Below are positions 74,251 to 90,143 of a stretch of 124,000 bases of DNA, piece after piece. The position numbers were made by a program, and so were the translations under genes. How positions within the stretch are numbered: position 1 is the first letter of the stretch; every line of letters starts with the position of its first letter. The stretch is from Octopus vulgaris (taxonomy: Eukaryota): NCBI GenBank assembly GCA_951406725.2, contig OX597834.1, positions 40,072,001 through 40,196,000 of the forward strand, in the 5' to 3' direction. Under the pieces are notes generated by a model. The model did no database searches, had not been told where the DNA came from, and was given only the letters and a program-made list of their open reading frames with translations.

Positions 74251-77200
74251 ATATATATATATACATATATATATATATACATAAATATATATATATACAT
74301 ATATATACATAAATATATATATATACATATATATACATATATACATATATATACATAAATATATATATATATATATATATACACATACCTAAATATATAT
74401 ATACCTAAATATATATATATACCTAAATATATATATATTTATATATATATATATACCTAAATATATATATATACCTAAATATATATAAATATACCTAATA
74501 ATATATATATAGACATAAATATATATATATACCTAAATATATATATAGACATAAATATATATATAGACATAAATATATATATAGACATAAATATATATAT
74601 AGACATAAATATATATATAGACATAAATATATATATATATCATAAGCAAAGAGCGACGTTTTACATATTATATTGTGAAGGTTTAATAGAGAACAGAATC
74701 CCCATCCCTGCGCCTTCACCACCACCACCACAACTATTTCTGTCGTCCGTCCCCGCCAAGAACACATTATCTATCCCTCTATTACTTTCATTCGTGTTTG
74801 TTGATTGTTTGGTTGTTTGTGTGGTGATTTTTTTTTGTCTGTGTTTTGTTAATTTGTTTTGTTTTGTTATTTTTTTACTATTTTTTTTTTGTTTCTTCGA
74901 CAGAGAATGGAAAAGAAAAGCTGGGTGTTTCTTTACGTGAAGCAACAGTGAGATGGGATGTGTGTGGGGGAGGGGGGAGAGGGGGGAATAGAACCGATTG
75001 GGAAGAGAAAATGGAAACTGCTTTCTTCAGAATGGTAAATGCAAAGATTCTTGAGACAGAGAGAGAGAGAAAGAGTGAGAAGCAGTTATCTAAGGGAGAG
75101 TTATTAAAGGAGAGCTAAAAATTAGAAAGAGAGAAGGTGAGATGGGAGAGAGAAAGGAGAGATGGAGGACAAAGAGAGAGAGAGAAAGGCAGGAGAGAGA
75201 GACAAGAAGGAGAGAGAGAAAGGAGGGAAAGAATGAGAAAGGACAAAGAGAGAGGACAGAAAAAGTGGACAGAGAAAGAAAGGACAGAAAGAGAAGAGAG
75301 AGAGAGAGAGAGAGAATTAAAAACAGAGAGAGAGAGAGAATAAAGAACAGAGAGAGAGAGAGGATGGAGAGGAATAAAGGGAAGAGAAGAGAAAGGAAGA
75401 GGAGTGAACAGGGGAGAAGGACAGAAGGACAAAGGGGAGAGAGGGGGAAAGAAGGGGAGAGAGAAAGGAGAGAGAGAGAGAGAGATGAAGTAGTAAACCT
75501 ATGTCTAATAAAAGGAATCGCATATGCCAAGAGAATTGGTCAGCTTCAGTAAAAGATATTCGTGTGACTACGTAGTGACATTGTTTGTTTTGGACAGTTT
75601 AATGTCTTGTATAAAAGACGGTGATTTATGTCAGGCATGGCAACAGTCTTGTGTGGTTGTGTTTCCTGCTTTCTTCTTCGGAATGGAATCTTATGAAAAG
75701 GAATATGGAAGATCACCTTGAGTATTCCATTCTCTGCAATGCAAGATGATAAGACTATATCTAGGAAGAGACTTCTAGAACTACAAGTCTGAAGAAAAAT
75801 GTGGGCTGCAGAAGAGAGAAAAAAGGATTTGAGAAGATGCAGAGGTACTGTGTAAGGTGTTGGACTCATGATCGTAAGATTGCGGTTTCAATCCCTGGAC
75901 CAGGCAATGCATTGTATTCTTAAGCAAAACACTTCACTTCATATAGTTCCAGTTCATTTAGTTGTAGAAATGAGTACAACTAGTGGAGGCATGTTGCTTA
76001 GTCGTTAGGGTGTTGGATTCACAACTGTAAAATTGTGGTTTCAATCCCTGGACAGAGCAATCCGTTGTGTTCTTGTGCAAAACACTTCATTTCATGTTGC
76101 TCCAGTCCACTCAGCTGTAGAAATAAGTTAAGCCTGGAAAGGGATCGGCTTTGCCAGGCTTTCTTACCATAGATATGCTGCATGGTTGCAGCACTCCAAT
76201 GCCCCACCCCCACACCCAAGGGGTTAAGGGACTTGTTAATTGTCAACAAAAGGCGGCGAGCTGGCAGAAACGTTAGCACACTGGGTGAAATGTTTTGCGG
76301 TATTTCGTCTGTCTTTATGTTCAGAGTTCAAACACTGCCGAGGTCGACTTATCCTTTCAGGATTGATTAAATAAGTACCAGTTATGCACTGGGGGAGGGG
76401 GTCGATGTAATTGACTTAAACCCTTTATTTGTCCTTGTTTGTCCCCTCTGTGTTTAGCCCCCTGTGGGCAATAAAGAAATATATTGTCAACATAAGGTAC
76501 CACGCGGTGGGAGTGAACCAAAAACCTGGTGATTGCAAAAGCAAACGTCTTAACCATCAGTTGTATATTCCAACCAATAGCTGGATTTATTCCTTATACT
76601 CAAATCCTATTTAAATGTTTATGCCATCAATCTGAAACTTTTCAACCCACACAGCCAGCCACACACAGAGAAAGAAACACAGAATGAAACAGCACTCTTT
76701 GAAATGGTTGTTCTTCCATTTCACTAACTGGATCAGTTACACACAGATAATGAAGTGGAACCCCTCTTTCCATTCCACTTAATATAAAAAAAAAAAAAGG
76801 ACGAGGATGATCCCATTCAAATTCACAAGCTGTCTTCTTCGGTCCTTACATTCGAATGTTTATGAAATTAGACTTCAAACACTTTACACCTGCTAGGCAG
76901 AAGTCAATTAAGGTATCACAGCTCTTATTTGACGGAGCATGATTCCATGACTTCACTTAAGCAGTCCATTAGTTTCAATAAAACTTCTCCTTGATGTGTC
77001 GAATATTTGGTTTTATTAAAACCATGAATAACTGATGCTGCCGAAACAGTAACGAGCCCCGATGTTTAACTTCAAACCTGTACGGTGTCAATTCAATTAT
77101 GCACCTTTAACATATCATTCCTACCCACCCCAACTATTTACCTGCCCACCCACCTACCCCAGGTTAACCCGACTATGTGTCATTTTGAATGATTCATCCT

Positions 77201-78842
77201 TATTTATTCCGTAACATTTCAGCTCCCTCAATTCCACCATGTAATTGTATTATTTTATTTTATTTTATTTTATTTCTTCCCTTGCTAAATCACAATTACC
77301 TCCCTTCTAAGTAATCTCCTCTTCCCCTCCCCGCCCCTTCCAATTTCCTCCTCACCTCAGATTTAAATTAACCCTTTTGATACCAACTTGCCTGAGATCC
77401 CATCCCTGCTTCTATGAAAAAACATTTTTGTTTTAAAGAAATCTAAATTAAAAACTTCCATCAAAATTTGAACTTATGGTTCCAAATAATAGCATAATAA
77501 TCGTTTTAAATTTTGGCTTAAGGCCAGTAGAATTTTAGGGTAGGGAATAAATTGATTACATCAACCCCAGTACTCAACTGGTACAATTTTATAAACCCCA
77601 AAAGGATGAAAGGTAAAGTTGACATTGGTGGTATTTGAACTCAAAACAAAGCTGTGCCAACAGTCCTTCTGGCTTTATAACAATGATGTTATTCTATTAA
77701 ATTCTTCATTCTTTTACAAATCAACTGAAACAAAGGCCCTTTATTCCAACAAAAAAGTGGGGGAGCAAAAGGGTTAAATTGTAATTTTTCTTACATTTTT
77801 ATAATTACCATTATTATTTGTTTTAGTCACTGCATAGAAGAATTTTGGTAGAACACATCAACCCCAGGACTTATTTTCTTATTAAGCCTAGTAAGACCAA
77901 CACTGGTTGCTAAGCAGTAGCAGGGGACAAGCACAGGCAGAAGGATGCACACAGATGCAGACACACACATGACAGGCTTCATTCAGTTTCCATCTACAAA
78001 ATCCATTCACAAGGCTTTGGTCACCCAGATGCTGTATAGAAGAAGACCTTTGTGCAAAGAGCCACACAGCAGGACTGAACCTAGAATCATGTGATTGGGA
78101 AGCAATTACTATCCTTACTGATTGTAACCCAGCGGCTGCATATTCTAAACACTATTGTACCCTTGACATAACTTCTCAAGTAGGATCAGCGTCAGAGTGA
78201 CTAAGGGGTTGGCCCTTGAATAAGGACTACACCTCAGCTTGTTCTGGTGGTGGACTTTCTGAAATTCTGTCTGCTGGGGTTGAACATGAGATCTCGAGAT
78301 TGCACAGTGAACTTTTAAATATGCAGTCATACCTGAATCCATTCACACATACACACACATGTAAATACACACACATACATACATACACATATATGCATGT
78401 GCATATGTATATATACATACATACATGCATATGCTTGCACCCATATCTAAATACACACATACATATTTATACCTACACAAACATACACATATATAGATAC
78501 ACATACGCATATATATATATATATGTGCATGCATGCATATGCATGTGTGTGAGTGTGTATGCATATACACACACACATACATGCATAAATGTAGACACAC
78601 GTATACATATGTGCATGCATACACACACACACACACACACACATATACATGCATGCACACACACACACATATATTATAGACACATACACATACATGCAAA
78701 CAAGATAAAATGATAAAGGAAACCTGTAAAAAAAAATAATAAAACTACTGTAAAATATAACAAAACAAATAAGAAGTTTCATGAACAATTTTGAGTTATT
78801 TATCTTGTGAGTTCAAATCTATCGATTAGCATAACGTTTAGA

Positions 78843-79190
<348 letters not shown>

Positions 79191-79346
79191 AAAATAATAT
79201 TCAAATGTCTAACATCGAATTTAAACGAATATTTTCTTCAACAGATATAAATTTTTTCCACTAGGATACATTTGTATTTATCTAAAGTAAATATATAACT
79301 TAAACACTATGTATATACACACACATACACCTCCATACATAATATC

Positions 79347-79377
<31 letters not shown>

Positions 79378-79430
79378 TATATAGACACAAATATATATAT
79401 ACACACACATACACCTCCATACATAATATC

Positions 79431-79461
<31 letters not shown>

Positions 79462-79579
79462 TATATAGACACAAATATATATATACACACACATACACCT
79501 CCATACATAACAGCATATATATATATACACACACACACACACATACAAACACACATATAGACATAAATATATATATCCA

Positions 79580-80360
79580 CATCATCATCATCATCATCAT
79601 CATCATTTAGCGTCCGTTTTCCATGCTAGCATGGGTTGGACGGTTCAACTGGGGTCTGGGGAGCCCGAAGGCTGCACCAGGCCAGTCAGATCTGGCAGTG
79701 TTTCTACAGCTGGATGCCCTTCCTAACGCCAACCACTCCGAGAGTGTAGTGGGTGATTTTATGTGCCACCGACACAGGTGCCAGACGAGGCTGGCGAACG
79801 GCCACGCTCGGATGGTGTTTTTATGTGCCACCGACACAGGTGCCAGACGAGGCTGGCAGACGGCCACGCTCGGATGGTGTTTTTATGTGCCACCGACACA
79901 GGTGCCAGACGAGGCTGGCAGACGGCCACGCTCGGATGGTGTTTTTATGTGCCACCGACACAGGTGCCAGATGAGGCTGGCGGACGGCCACGATCGGATG
80001 GTGTTTGTTACGTCCCCAAAGCACGGAGGCCAGTCTATGCGGTACTGGCTACGGCCACGTTCGGATGATTTTCTTGTGTGCCACCGGCACTGGTACCACA
80101 AAGATACAAATTCCATTTATGTTCATCTATTTTGATTTGATTTGATTTGATTTTCACTTGCCTCAACAGGTCTTCACAAGTGTCACAAGAAGGAAGGTAT
80201 GCACAGGTGGACTGTCTACGTCGCCGGGTCTTCGGATGGTGTCTTTATGTGCCACCGACACAGGTGCCAGATGTGGCTGGCGAACGGCCACGATCGGATG
80301 GTTTTCTTGTGTGCCACCGGTACTGGAACCACAAAGATACAAATTCCATTGATGTTCATC
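79580..80360 (-). mobile_element. RTE 3'UTR-derived repeat with an internal 62-bp tandem array and (GAT)n tail
   Basis: Unit gccacgctcggatggtgtttttatgtgccaccgacacaggtgccagacgaggctggcagacg starts at 79801, 79863 and 79925. Same family at 22882, 36250, 57735, 62320, 84950, 106010, 116200 and 119255. Confidence 0.8.
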
Positions 80361-80577
80361 TATTTTGATTTGGTTTGATTTTGATTTTGATTTTTTATAT
80401 ATATATATATATATACACACATACATATATATAGACACAAATATATATATATATTCACATTGATACATGCATATAAACATACACACGCATTCATAAACAT
80501 AATTATATATTTACATATATGTATAACATATATATATATAAAACACGTATGTGTATGTATGTATATATGTATGTATG

Positions 80578-80621
<44 letters not shown>

Positions 80622-81049
80622 TATACATACATATATATACACACATACATATACCAGCATGGTAAATAGACTTTAAATTATATATATATATATATATATA
80701 TACACGCACACACACACAAACACACAATCACAACATGAAGCAGATTCTAAGAAAATCTATGTCGAGAAGAATCTAAAAATATTCTTCAATGAAGCAAATG
80801 GAAAAGAGTTTAAAGTAGCGTCTTTTTTTTAATGTCGTCTGCCATTCTGATGGGGTTGATAATAATTCTGAGCAGTTTGGTTGTTTTGTCTTATTTTTTG
80901 ACGGGTTTGACGGGTGGTGGATTAAATGGACATGAACGACTTGTTTTTTATTTATAACTTTTCTGCTTCTTCCTATAATTACCCATCACCTCTTCACAAA
81001 TCAATGAGTTTATAGCATTTACAGCAAATATTATTATTCCTGTTATATG

Positions 81050-81083
<34 letters not shown>

Positions 81084-81142
81084 TGGTAAAAACGGTAAGA
81101 TAACAAAAGAAAGAAAGAGACCTCAATATTATGTAAATAGAG

Positions 81143-81196
<54 letters not shown>

Positions 81197-81411
81197 TTAC
81201 ACACACATACATACATAGTATAGACTTATATGGTATATATATATATGTAAATAGATACACACACACGCTATATGTATACATATGTATACACAGTATATAT
81301 GTACATACATACATAAACAGTATATGTATACATATGTATACACAGTATATTATACATACATACACACACAGTATTTGTATACATTTATATACACGGTATA
81401 CAATATACATA

Positions 81412-81450
<39 letters not shown>

Positions 81451-81549
81451 ATTGTATACTGTGTATATAAATGTATACAAATACTGTGTGTATGTATGTA
81501 TGTATAATATACTGTGTATGTATGTACATATATACTGTGTATACATATA

Positions 81550-81587
<38 letters not shown>

Positions 81588-83109
81588 TACTGTATATACA
81601 TGTGTATTATGTATATTTTATATATATATATATATGGCAAAACCTTTTGACCTCATCATAAAATTTTTCTGCATACGTGACTAAAAACTTTATGTAGATT
81701 TTACAGCATCAGTTTTTTAACATAACATACATACATATATATATATATATACACGCACTATACAGTACAGTACTGAAGTAGTTTTTATTTCACTATTAAA
81801 TAACATGCTTTTCATAACGTCATTTATCAAAGTCGATGCCCATGTCCATTGTGAATGATGTAGGAACCTGTTTATCCCCATGATGACTATGGTTAATTTT
81901 ATTGCAGACACCTATGATAAAATGCTTACTCAACCTACCTGCGATACCGTAGTAGATATTATGTTGCTGTATTATGCTTCAGAAAATCTCTTGTAATATA
82001 ATTCCATTCAGGAATGATTTAACATAGTGGTTCCCAAATCTTTCCAGGGTGCCACACCCTTGGTGCCCTGGCAACATTCCTAGCTCTACACCCTTCCTAC
82101 TCACCACCACAAACACAGACCGTTTTCTGCAGCAAATTAAAAAAAAACAATATTTCACAAATAAAACTTAACCTAACTAACTTGTTATTTTGTTGTTTTT
82201 CACATCCATTAACCCCCTTTTGGTCATCCCACTATCTATTTCTTTACTACCTGCATGGGGCTAAACACAGAGAGGACAAACAAGGACAGACAAACGGATT
82301 AAGTCGATTACATCGACCCCAGTGCGCAACTGGTACTTAATTTATCGACCCCGAAAGGATGAAAGGCAAAGTCGACCTCAGCGGAATTTTAACTCAGAAC
82401 GTAATGGCCAACAAAATACCTATTTCTTTACTACCCACAAGGGGCTAAACACAGAGAGGACAAACAAGGACAGACAAACAGATTAAGTCAATTACATCAA
82501 CCCCAGTGCGTAACAGGTACTTAATTTATCGACCCCGAAAGGATGAAAGGCAAAGGCGACCTCGGTGGAATTTGAACTCAGAACGTAACAGCAGACAAAA
82601 TACAGCTACGCATTTCGCCCGGCGTGCTAACATTTCTGCCACCACGCTGCCTTTTGGTCATCCCATTATCACACCACTCTTCTTCAATGCCCACCGTTTT
82701 CATGGACCTTTGCACCACCACCACCAGGGGGCAGTACTGTCTACTTTGGGAAGCACTGGTTTAACCCTTCAGCATTCAGATTACTCTATTATATGTCATG
82801 CATCTTTATTCATCCTCTTTTAAACTGATCGTTCACTATCTTGTATAAAGTGTCTTATATAAACAATCTTATACAAACATCCACTATCTTATATAAACAC
82901 TCAGTCTGATTATGTACAAAACGACATTGTAAGGTAAGGTAGCAGAAGCCAAACCTGGGCAGTTTGAACACAAAATGGTTCAAATATTCTAAACCAGATA
83001 TGGCTGGTTTAAGTGCTAAAGACTTAAAGAATATTAACCCTTTAACGTTTAGATTACTCTATCAAATTGTGAAGTATATTTGCCACTTATAAGTGGCAAA
83101 TATATGAAA

Positions 83110-83297
83110 ATCCCTATGAAAATCCCTATTTCTTACAATTTTTTGACTGCTGTGTCACCATTTTTCAGTGTATTTCAACCAGAAAAATGTTCACTTAAAG
83201 AGAATAACAAGCTACAGCATGCAAAATTTTTACTTTTCAAAAATTCCAATTTTAAAGGGTCGAAACAAACCTGAGCAAGACCGGGAGATACTGCTAG
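83110..83297 (+). mobile_element. 5'-truncated copy of the same Helitron
   Basis: Shares gtgtatttcaaccagaaaaatgttcacttaaagag...aaagggtcgaaacaaacc...gatactgctagt with 88059-88443. Confidence 0.75.
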
Positions 83298-83301
83298 TAT
83301 G

Positions 83302-83338
<37 letters not shown>

Positions 83339-84403
83339 ATAAAGTAATGCTTATCATCACTTAAACATGGCTGAATATCTTATCTTTAAATAAACTACAA
83401 GAATGACAGATCTCATGAGCAGAGACATACATTTATTATATCCTGTGATAACTGACTGAGAGCAATTTTGGGATAATTGAACTAAATACTTTTGGATGAT
83501 TTGAAACTGAACATGGACCATTTCAGTTTGAAATTGTGAAATTTTACTTGTTAAAAACACTTATGTTCTTGCTAACAGTTGTAGGACAAAAATTTATTTT
83601 CAGAACTACCCTAAATATTCACACACAAGCACATAAGGAGCAGGGGAAAAAAGGTGGCATAAATAGAACTTGGATAAAATATGGTGTGGTTTTGAAGTTG
83701 GAAAATTTTGAACTGTTGCTCAGAATTTCAACTAATTCTTTTCAGCTTCAAAATATGTGTATGTGTGTGTGTGGGTGTGTGTATAAGAATGTGTGTGTGT
83801 GTGTGTGTGTGTGTGAGTGAACTGCAATGAGACAAAAAAAAATGATGATGATGCTGTTACATAATTTTGACAAGAATGGTTGAAGGCAAACTATTTCATT
83901 GATTAAATAAGAAATTAATTAGTTAATTACTGTATAGATTTACCTAAATTCATACACAGAAGCCAATGTATAGCAATGAAATGATTCCTCAAGCTATTTG
84001 TAATGATCGTCTCCTATGCAATACTAAAGAATACTACTTATTAATTAGCTATGCATAGGTCACTTTTACTAAATTAAAAGCAATTAATGAAGTCTACACT
84101 ATCAAGAAAATTTATCAATTCCAATTTTAATATATTTTTATCAAAATATGCTTTTCTACTTTCTTGTATTATTAAAGATTTCAATTACATGCTTCAATCA
84201 GAAATTTTTATTCTCTTTCTCTCTTTTACTTGTTTCAGTCATTTGACTGCAGCCATGCTGGAGCACCGCCTTTTAGTCGAGCAAATCGACCCCGGGACTT
84301 ATTCTTTGTAAGCCCAGTACTTATTCTATCGGTCTCTTTTGCCGAACCGCTAAGTGTTTTAAAACTTAATGTTTGTATCCATTTTCTTCTACTGATTCCC
84401 TGC

Positions 84404-84446
<43 letters not shown>

Positions 84447-85629
84447 CATCTTTTCTTTGCTTACAGCCTTTATTTCTATTTGCCTTTATTTTTTTTTTTC
84501 ATCTTTGTAACTTTTTCTCTATCATTTTTATCCTCATCTTATTTTCTTTCAAGGTCTTTGACACTTCAGACTTTGTCCCTCCTTTTTCTCACAACATTCA
84601 TTTGTCACCCTTCCCCTGTTATTTCATTTCATAATTTTCGTCTTTCCCCAGCACACTGTTACTCTCATTCTCTTTCCTTGCAGCACACACACACACACAC
84701 ACACACTTTCTCTCTCTCTCTCTTGCATGCTTTCCACAAAAACAAAAAAAATTGATTACATAGTTTTTCTTTGAGATACTTCAGGAATATTTGAGAAAAC
84801 GTTTACTCTTATATACAAGGGCAGGCATGGCAGTGTGGCAAAGAAGTTTGCTTCCCAACCTCATGGTCCCGGGTTCAATCTCACAGAGTGGAACCTTGGG
84901 CAAGAGTCTTCTAATATAGCCTCAGGCCAACTAAAGCCTTGTGAATGAATTTGCTTAACAACCAGTATAGGTGTATTTATGTCCCTGTAACTTAGCTGTT
85001 TGGTTGCTGGCAGAAACTCCACCCTCCAGGTGTTTCTGTCAGGCTTGCCTGTATGAAACTGCTGTGGAGTACATAACTGCGAATATATATCGAAATCAAA
85101 ATCAAAGTGAAATTCGATGACAAGCATGAGCACCATACGAGCGTGATTGTTGACAGAGCGGCTAACCAGCTTCGGTGCCAGTGGCACATAAAAGGCACCA
85201 TTCGAGTGTGATCGTTACCAGCGTTGCCTTACTGGCACTTGTGCCCCATGCTAGTAGCACCATCCAAGTGCAATCGTTGCCAGAGTGGCTAACTGCCTTC
85301 CGTACCGGTGGCATGTAAGAAGCACCATTTGAGCAGGATCATTACCAGCATTGCCTTACTGGCACCTGTGCCATTGGCATGTGTTAAAAGATTCACATGA
85401 GGTCGTTGCCAGTACCGCCTGACTGGCCCCCGTGCCAGTGGTACGTAAAAGCACCCACTACACTCTCGGAGTGGTTGGCATTAGGAAGGGCATCCAGCTG
85501 TAGAAACTCTGCCAGATCAAGACTGGAGCCTGTTGCAGCCATCTGGTTCGCCAGCCCTTTCCATGGGTTGGGCGGTTTGACTGAGTGCTGGCGAACCAGA
85601 TGGCTGCACCAGGCTCCAATCTTGATCTG

Positions 85630-85686
<57 letters not shown>

Positions 85687-86237
85687 TATATATAGGAGTA
85701 AAGGTAAGGACAAGTAAGTTAGGTGAGTCAGTACACAAAAGTCAATATACAAACATGGCATACCCTACAAACATACCCTAGCAGAAACAACAGCTGGAGG
85801 GTGGAGTTTGTCAGCAATAAAATTACGCAAGAACATTATCTTCGATTTTGAGTTTGATTGCTATTATAATCCATGATGAAAGTGCCGACCAATTGATTAG
85901 TGAATCTCCTTGGATTTACACTTTGTATGGAATGCCCTGTAGATTTCACCTCTATGGATTCATATCCTCTTCACTTGACATTTTCTTAACCAAATATTCA
86001 TACATGAAATGCTGACTGAGGAATTTGCCTAGATTCCTTGAATCTCTACATTCTATCACTCTCGCTTGTTCACTCATCCACCCATTCACTCATTCATATA
86101 TATATCATCATCATTTAACATTGGCCTTTAACGATGATGATTATAAATAATACATACAAATATATATATATATATATGAATGAATGAACAAGAGTGATAG
86201 ATAGTAGAGATTGAAGAAATCTCTATATATATATCTA

Positions 86238-86305
<68 letters not shown>

Positions 86306-86462
86306 GGCATTATTAACAAGAATGGAGAATTATACATCTTTAAAACTAATTTATTACAGAATTATTGACATTAAATTGATATTTGATTTCAGTCCAACAC
86401 GTGTTTCTGCTACATAAGTGTCCTAATGCCCTTTGATTCAGCATTTCCATATTCATTTACAT

Positions 86463-86511
<49 letters not shown>

Positions 86512-87394
86512 GTATATATATACTCACACACACACACACACCTGTATATATGTATATATATCTATGTGTGTGTGTGTATACTTTAAGTTCGTTCACAGGA
86601 AATGCTTTGAATATGTAAAAATCCACTCATAAGGCATTGGTTGGCCTGAGGCTATAGTATAATGGTTTTGCTATGGAATCGTGAAACTATTTTTTGTTTT
86701 CTGAAGAAGCAATGTTTTAGACTTACAACACTTTTGCATAATAGCAACAACATATATATGGCCGTGTGGTAAGAAACCTGCTTCCCAACTACCCGGTTCT
86801 GTGTTCAATCCCACAGTACAGCACCTTGGGCAAACCAAAGCCTTATGAGTGGATTTGGGAGACGGAAACTGAAAGAAGACCATCATATATATTATATATA
86901 TCAAGATTAATCAGCCGAAATTGCGAAGATGATCCAGTTCTTGACTGATGATTGAAGGCTTCGAATGTCCTGTCCGTGATTTTTTGTGTCGTCTTCTAAA
87001 TGTTTCACGTTCTTGTCCCAGTTTGTATATTTTTTTACTTTTACATATATATATATATATGTATGTGTATATATGTATATATGTATATATATATACATAT
87101 ATATATATATAAGTTCAGTAAAATTTAGATTCAGTTGAATATGGTACTTAAGTTAAAGGCACCAGAAATTAGTATGGTATTATCCATATAATTCAAAATG
87201 GGGTAATATTTGCATTGTTCAATTAAATGGAGTCACATGAAACGATCGTACTGCATTACCTTTGGATATCCTTGTTGCTTATTTTGATTATATATATATA
87301 GCCCCGGGCTGACCAAAGCCTTGTGAGTGGATTTGGTAGATGGAAACTGAAAGAAGCACATCGTATATATGTATGTATATATATACATGTGTGC

Positions 87395-87469
<75 letters not shown>

Positions 87470-87707
87470 TGTGTCTGTGTTTGTCGCCCCAACATCGCTT
87501 GACAACCGATACTGGTGTGTTTACATCCCCGTAACTTAGCAGTTTGGCAAAAGAGACCGATAGAATAAGTCCTCGGCTTACAAAGAATAAGTCCCGGGGT
87601 CGATTTGCTCAACTAAAGGCGGTGCTCCAGCATGGCCGCAGTCAAATGACTGAAACAAGTAAAAGTGTGAACGAGTGGAACGAAGACAATGACGATGGCT
87701 GTCTTAC

Positions 87708-87776
87708 CCTCACGTACAAAAGCTTGTTGTTGCTACTGTTGTTGATGTCATCTACTGGCATATAATTTAGGTCCAT
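87708..87776 (-). CDS. candidate alternative first coding exon MDLNYMPVDDINNSSNNKLLYVR (phase 0 donor)
   Basis: ATG preceded by an in-frame TAA five codons upstream; 23 open codons end in AGG|gtaaga. Non-repetitive, purine-rich upstream sequence. Confidence 0.4.
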
Positions 87777-88058
87777 CAAGTAGTTTGTTTACTAACTACT
87801 TCTAAATGTCGATACTTTCTCCACTCGTCCTCTCTCCCCCTCCATCCCTTCCATTGTCCTCTCCGGAATATTAATATTTCACACACACACACACACACAA
87901 CAAAAAGACTGATTATTCTGTAGCAAATGAAATTATGATATTGAAATGTCACCCACTTGGTTCTTGCAGAAATGTTTACTAGTGAGGTGAAAGTAATTTT
88001 CACAACACGGTTTCCACATAAACAAGATGGCCCAGTCATAGCCAGAGAGCCCTTATAA

Positions 88059-88443
88059 TCTCTCTCTATATAAAGCTGAAGTTGTCTGTGTATGGCAGGT
88101 TTGGTAGCCTTCAACTAACACTATCTCCTCCGAGACCCTGCGGTGCAAGTTGACCAAAATTGAGAGTATGATAGAAGAAGGATTGCTCTTCTTTCCGTAG
88201 AAGAAAAAATTCAAATCGAACCATGTTAACACCAAAAATTATTTGGATCAAAAAGGTGCTTTTTTTTCTATGAAAATCCCGATTTTTTACGATTTTTTAA
88301 CCGCTGTATCGCCATTTTTTTGGTGTATTTCAACCAGAAAAATGTTCACTTAAAGAGCTACATAATGCAACATTTTTACTTTTCAAAAATTCCAATTTTA
88401 AAGGGTCGAAACAAACCCAGGCAACGCCGGGCGATACTGCTAG
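88059..88443 (+). mobile_element. non-autonomous Helitron
   Basis: A|TC start, 3' hairpin cccaggcaacgccggg and CTAG|T end. A 5'-truncated second copy lies at about 83110-83297. Confidence 0.8.
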
Positions 88444-88852
88444 TCATAAATACAATCAATCAGGATTGAACTGAATGACAAAGGAGGACACATTAGATAA
88501 TGTATTCCAAGGTATACCATCCACTTTTCTATGCTTGCATTGTTTTCCTTCTTTGGCTTCCTCTCTAAACACTGAACCATCAAGGTTAACTCAGGCATCA
88601 CATGCATGCATGTATAAATGTAATATACCCATGTATGTGTGTAGATAAGTAAAAGACCCCTTTCAGTCATGAAAGACCCTTTTCAGTCATTTTTACCCAA
88701 ATGCTGACTTTTTGTTTCTTTTATAAAGACATATATAAATATTTATAATACTTAAACATATCAAAGGGAAATGGAAAATTAAGTATAATTTTCACCTCCA
88801 GTGGCCTAAATTGTAAAAATTTTAGTCCCAAAAGACTATGAATTAGTCATAA

Positions 88853-89090
88853 TATATAGTGTACATTCAAACACATAAGGAATCCATTCATGGAATTCAA
88901 CATGCTAGAAAGAACAGCTAGGTTCTATAACCACAAAAATTAGGGATAAATTTCAACAGGAACAAAATGAAAAATAAAAACATTTTACCATCAAGTTTCC
89001 TAATATTTGTGGTTATAGAACTTAGCTGTTCTTTCTAGCGTGTTGAATTCCACGAGTGGATTCCTTATGTGTTTGAATGTCCACTATATA
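88853..89090. mobile_element. fold-back MITE with about 95-bp TIRs
   Basis: tatatagtgtacattcaaacacataaggaatcc... / ...ggattccttatgtgtttgaatgtccactatata. Confidence 0.8.
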
Positions 89091-90112
89091 TCATAAATAT
89101 TTATAAATATATAAAGAGTAAAAACCTCCTTCGGTCATGAATGACCATGGGATTGCACCTAGAAAGTTCCCTTTTGAGGCACAAGTCCAGGCAAGGTTGT
89201 TTTATGGAAGATCAGCAGTCCCCCATGCATACCAGATTCCCCTCTCCAAGGGAAAGGGAAAGGGGCCGATACAGCTTGGTACCAGTGATGTCGCAATACA
89301 TTTCTACAGCTGAGGGAACTGGAGCAACGGGAAATAAAGTGTCTTGCTCAAGAACACAACATACAGCCTGGTCTGGGATTCGAACTCACTACCTCGAGAT
89401 TGTGAACATGACGCTCTAACCACCGATCCATGCACCTTCACTGGAGATAAGCACATGTATGTATAAATACAGTTTGCTATATTTCTGAAGATGAAGGCAT
89501 ATACATAGAACGTCTGCACCAGACTGAGGTATTGCCAACAGTCTATTCCTACACACAGGTAAATGATATATCGTCAGGAATAAACACACCTGAGCAGCTG
89601 AGGAAACAGTTTGCAACTGAGATTCCAGGAAAATAAATGGAAATATTCGCTGAATGAGAAAGATTAGTTTAAAAGATGTTGAGGATGTTTCAGCCACATG
89701 TGATACATGTGTAGAAGGATAAGGAGAGGGAGAGAGAGAGAAGCTACACATGTCTAATACATATATAAAGGGAATATGAGAGAGTGACTATCACATGTAG
89801 TATGTGTTTAAAAGGAGTATAAGAGGGTAAGTGCCACATGTAATACATATTTAGAGAGAGTATAAAAGAGTAAATACCACACGTCTACTACATGTTTAAA
89901 AGGAATATAAGATAGGGTAAGTACCACATGCGTGATACATGTTTGGAGGGAGTATGAGGGAGAGTAACTATCACATCTACTACATGTGTGGATGGAGTAG
90001 AAAACTCCACTCCATAGGTCAGACTTTAGTCTGACCTATGCAAGCATGGGAAAGTGAACATTAAACAATGGTGATATGGGACGACCTAGATGAGATGATA
90101 TGTATAAATATA

Positions 90113-90143
<31 letters not shown>

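Noticed and set aside
75717-75788. Open 72-nt (or 17-nt) minus-strand exon candidate ending ...ENGILK
   Set aside because: Donor AAG|gtgatc is poor, and the 72-nt form is phase-incompatible with its position between the 145-nt and 20-nt exons.
85934-85945. ccctgtagat resembling the miR-10 5' region
   Set aside because: Only a 10-nt match, the rest diverges, and there is no precursor hairpin.
86940-86975. CUGAUGA/CUGAAGA-uugaaggcuucgaauguc motif (also reversed near 112440) as a hammerhead
   Set aside because: GAAA is incomplete, stem II is too short, and no stem I pairing exists.
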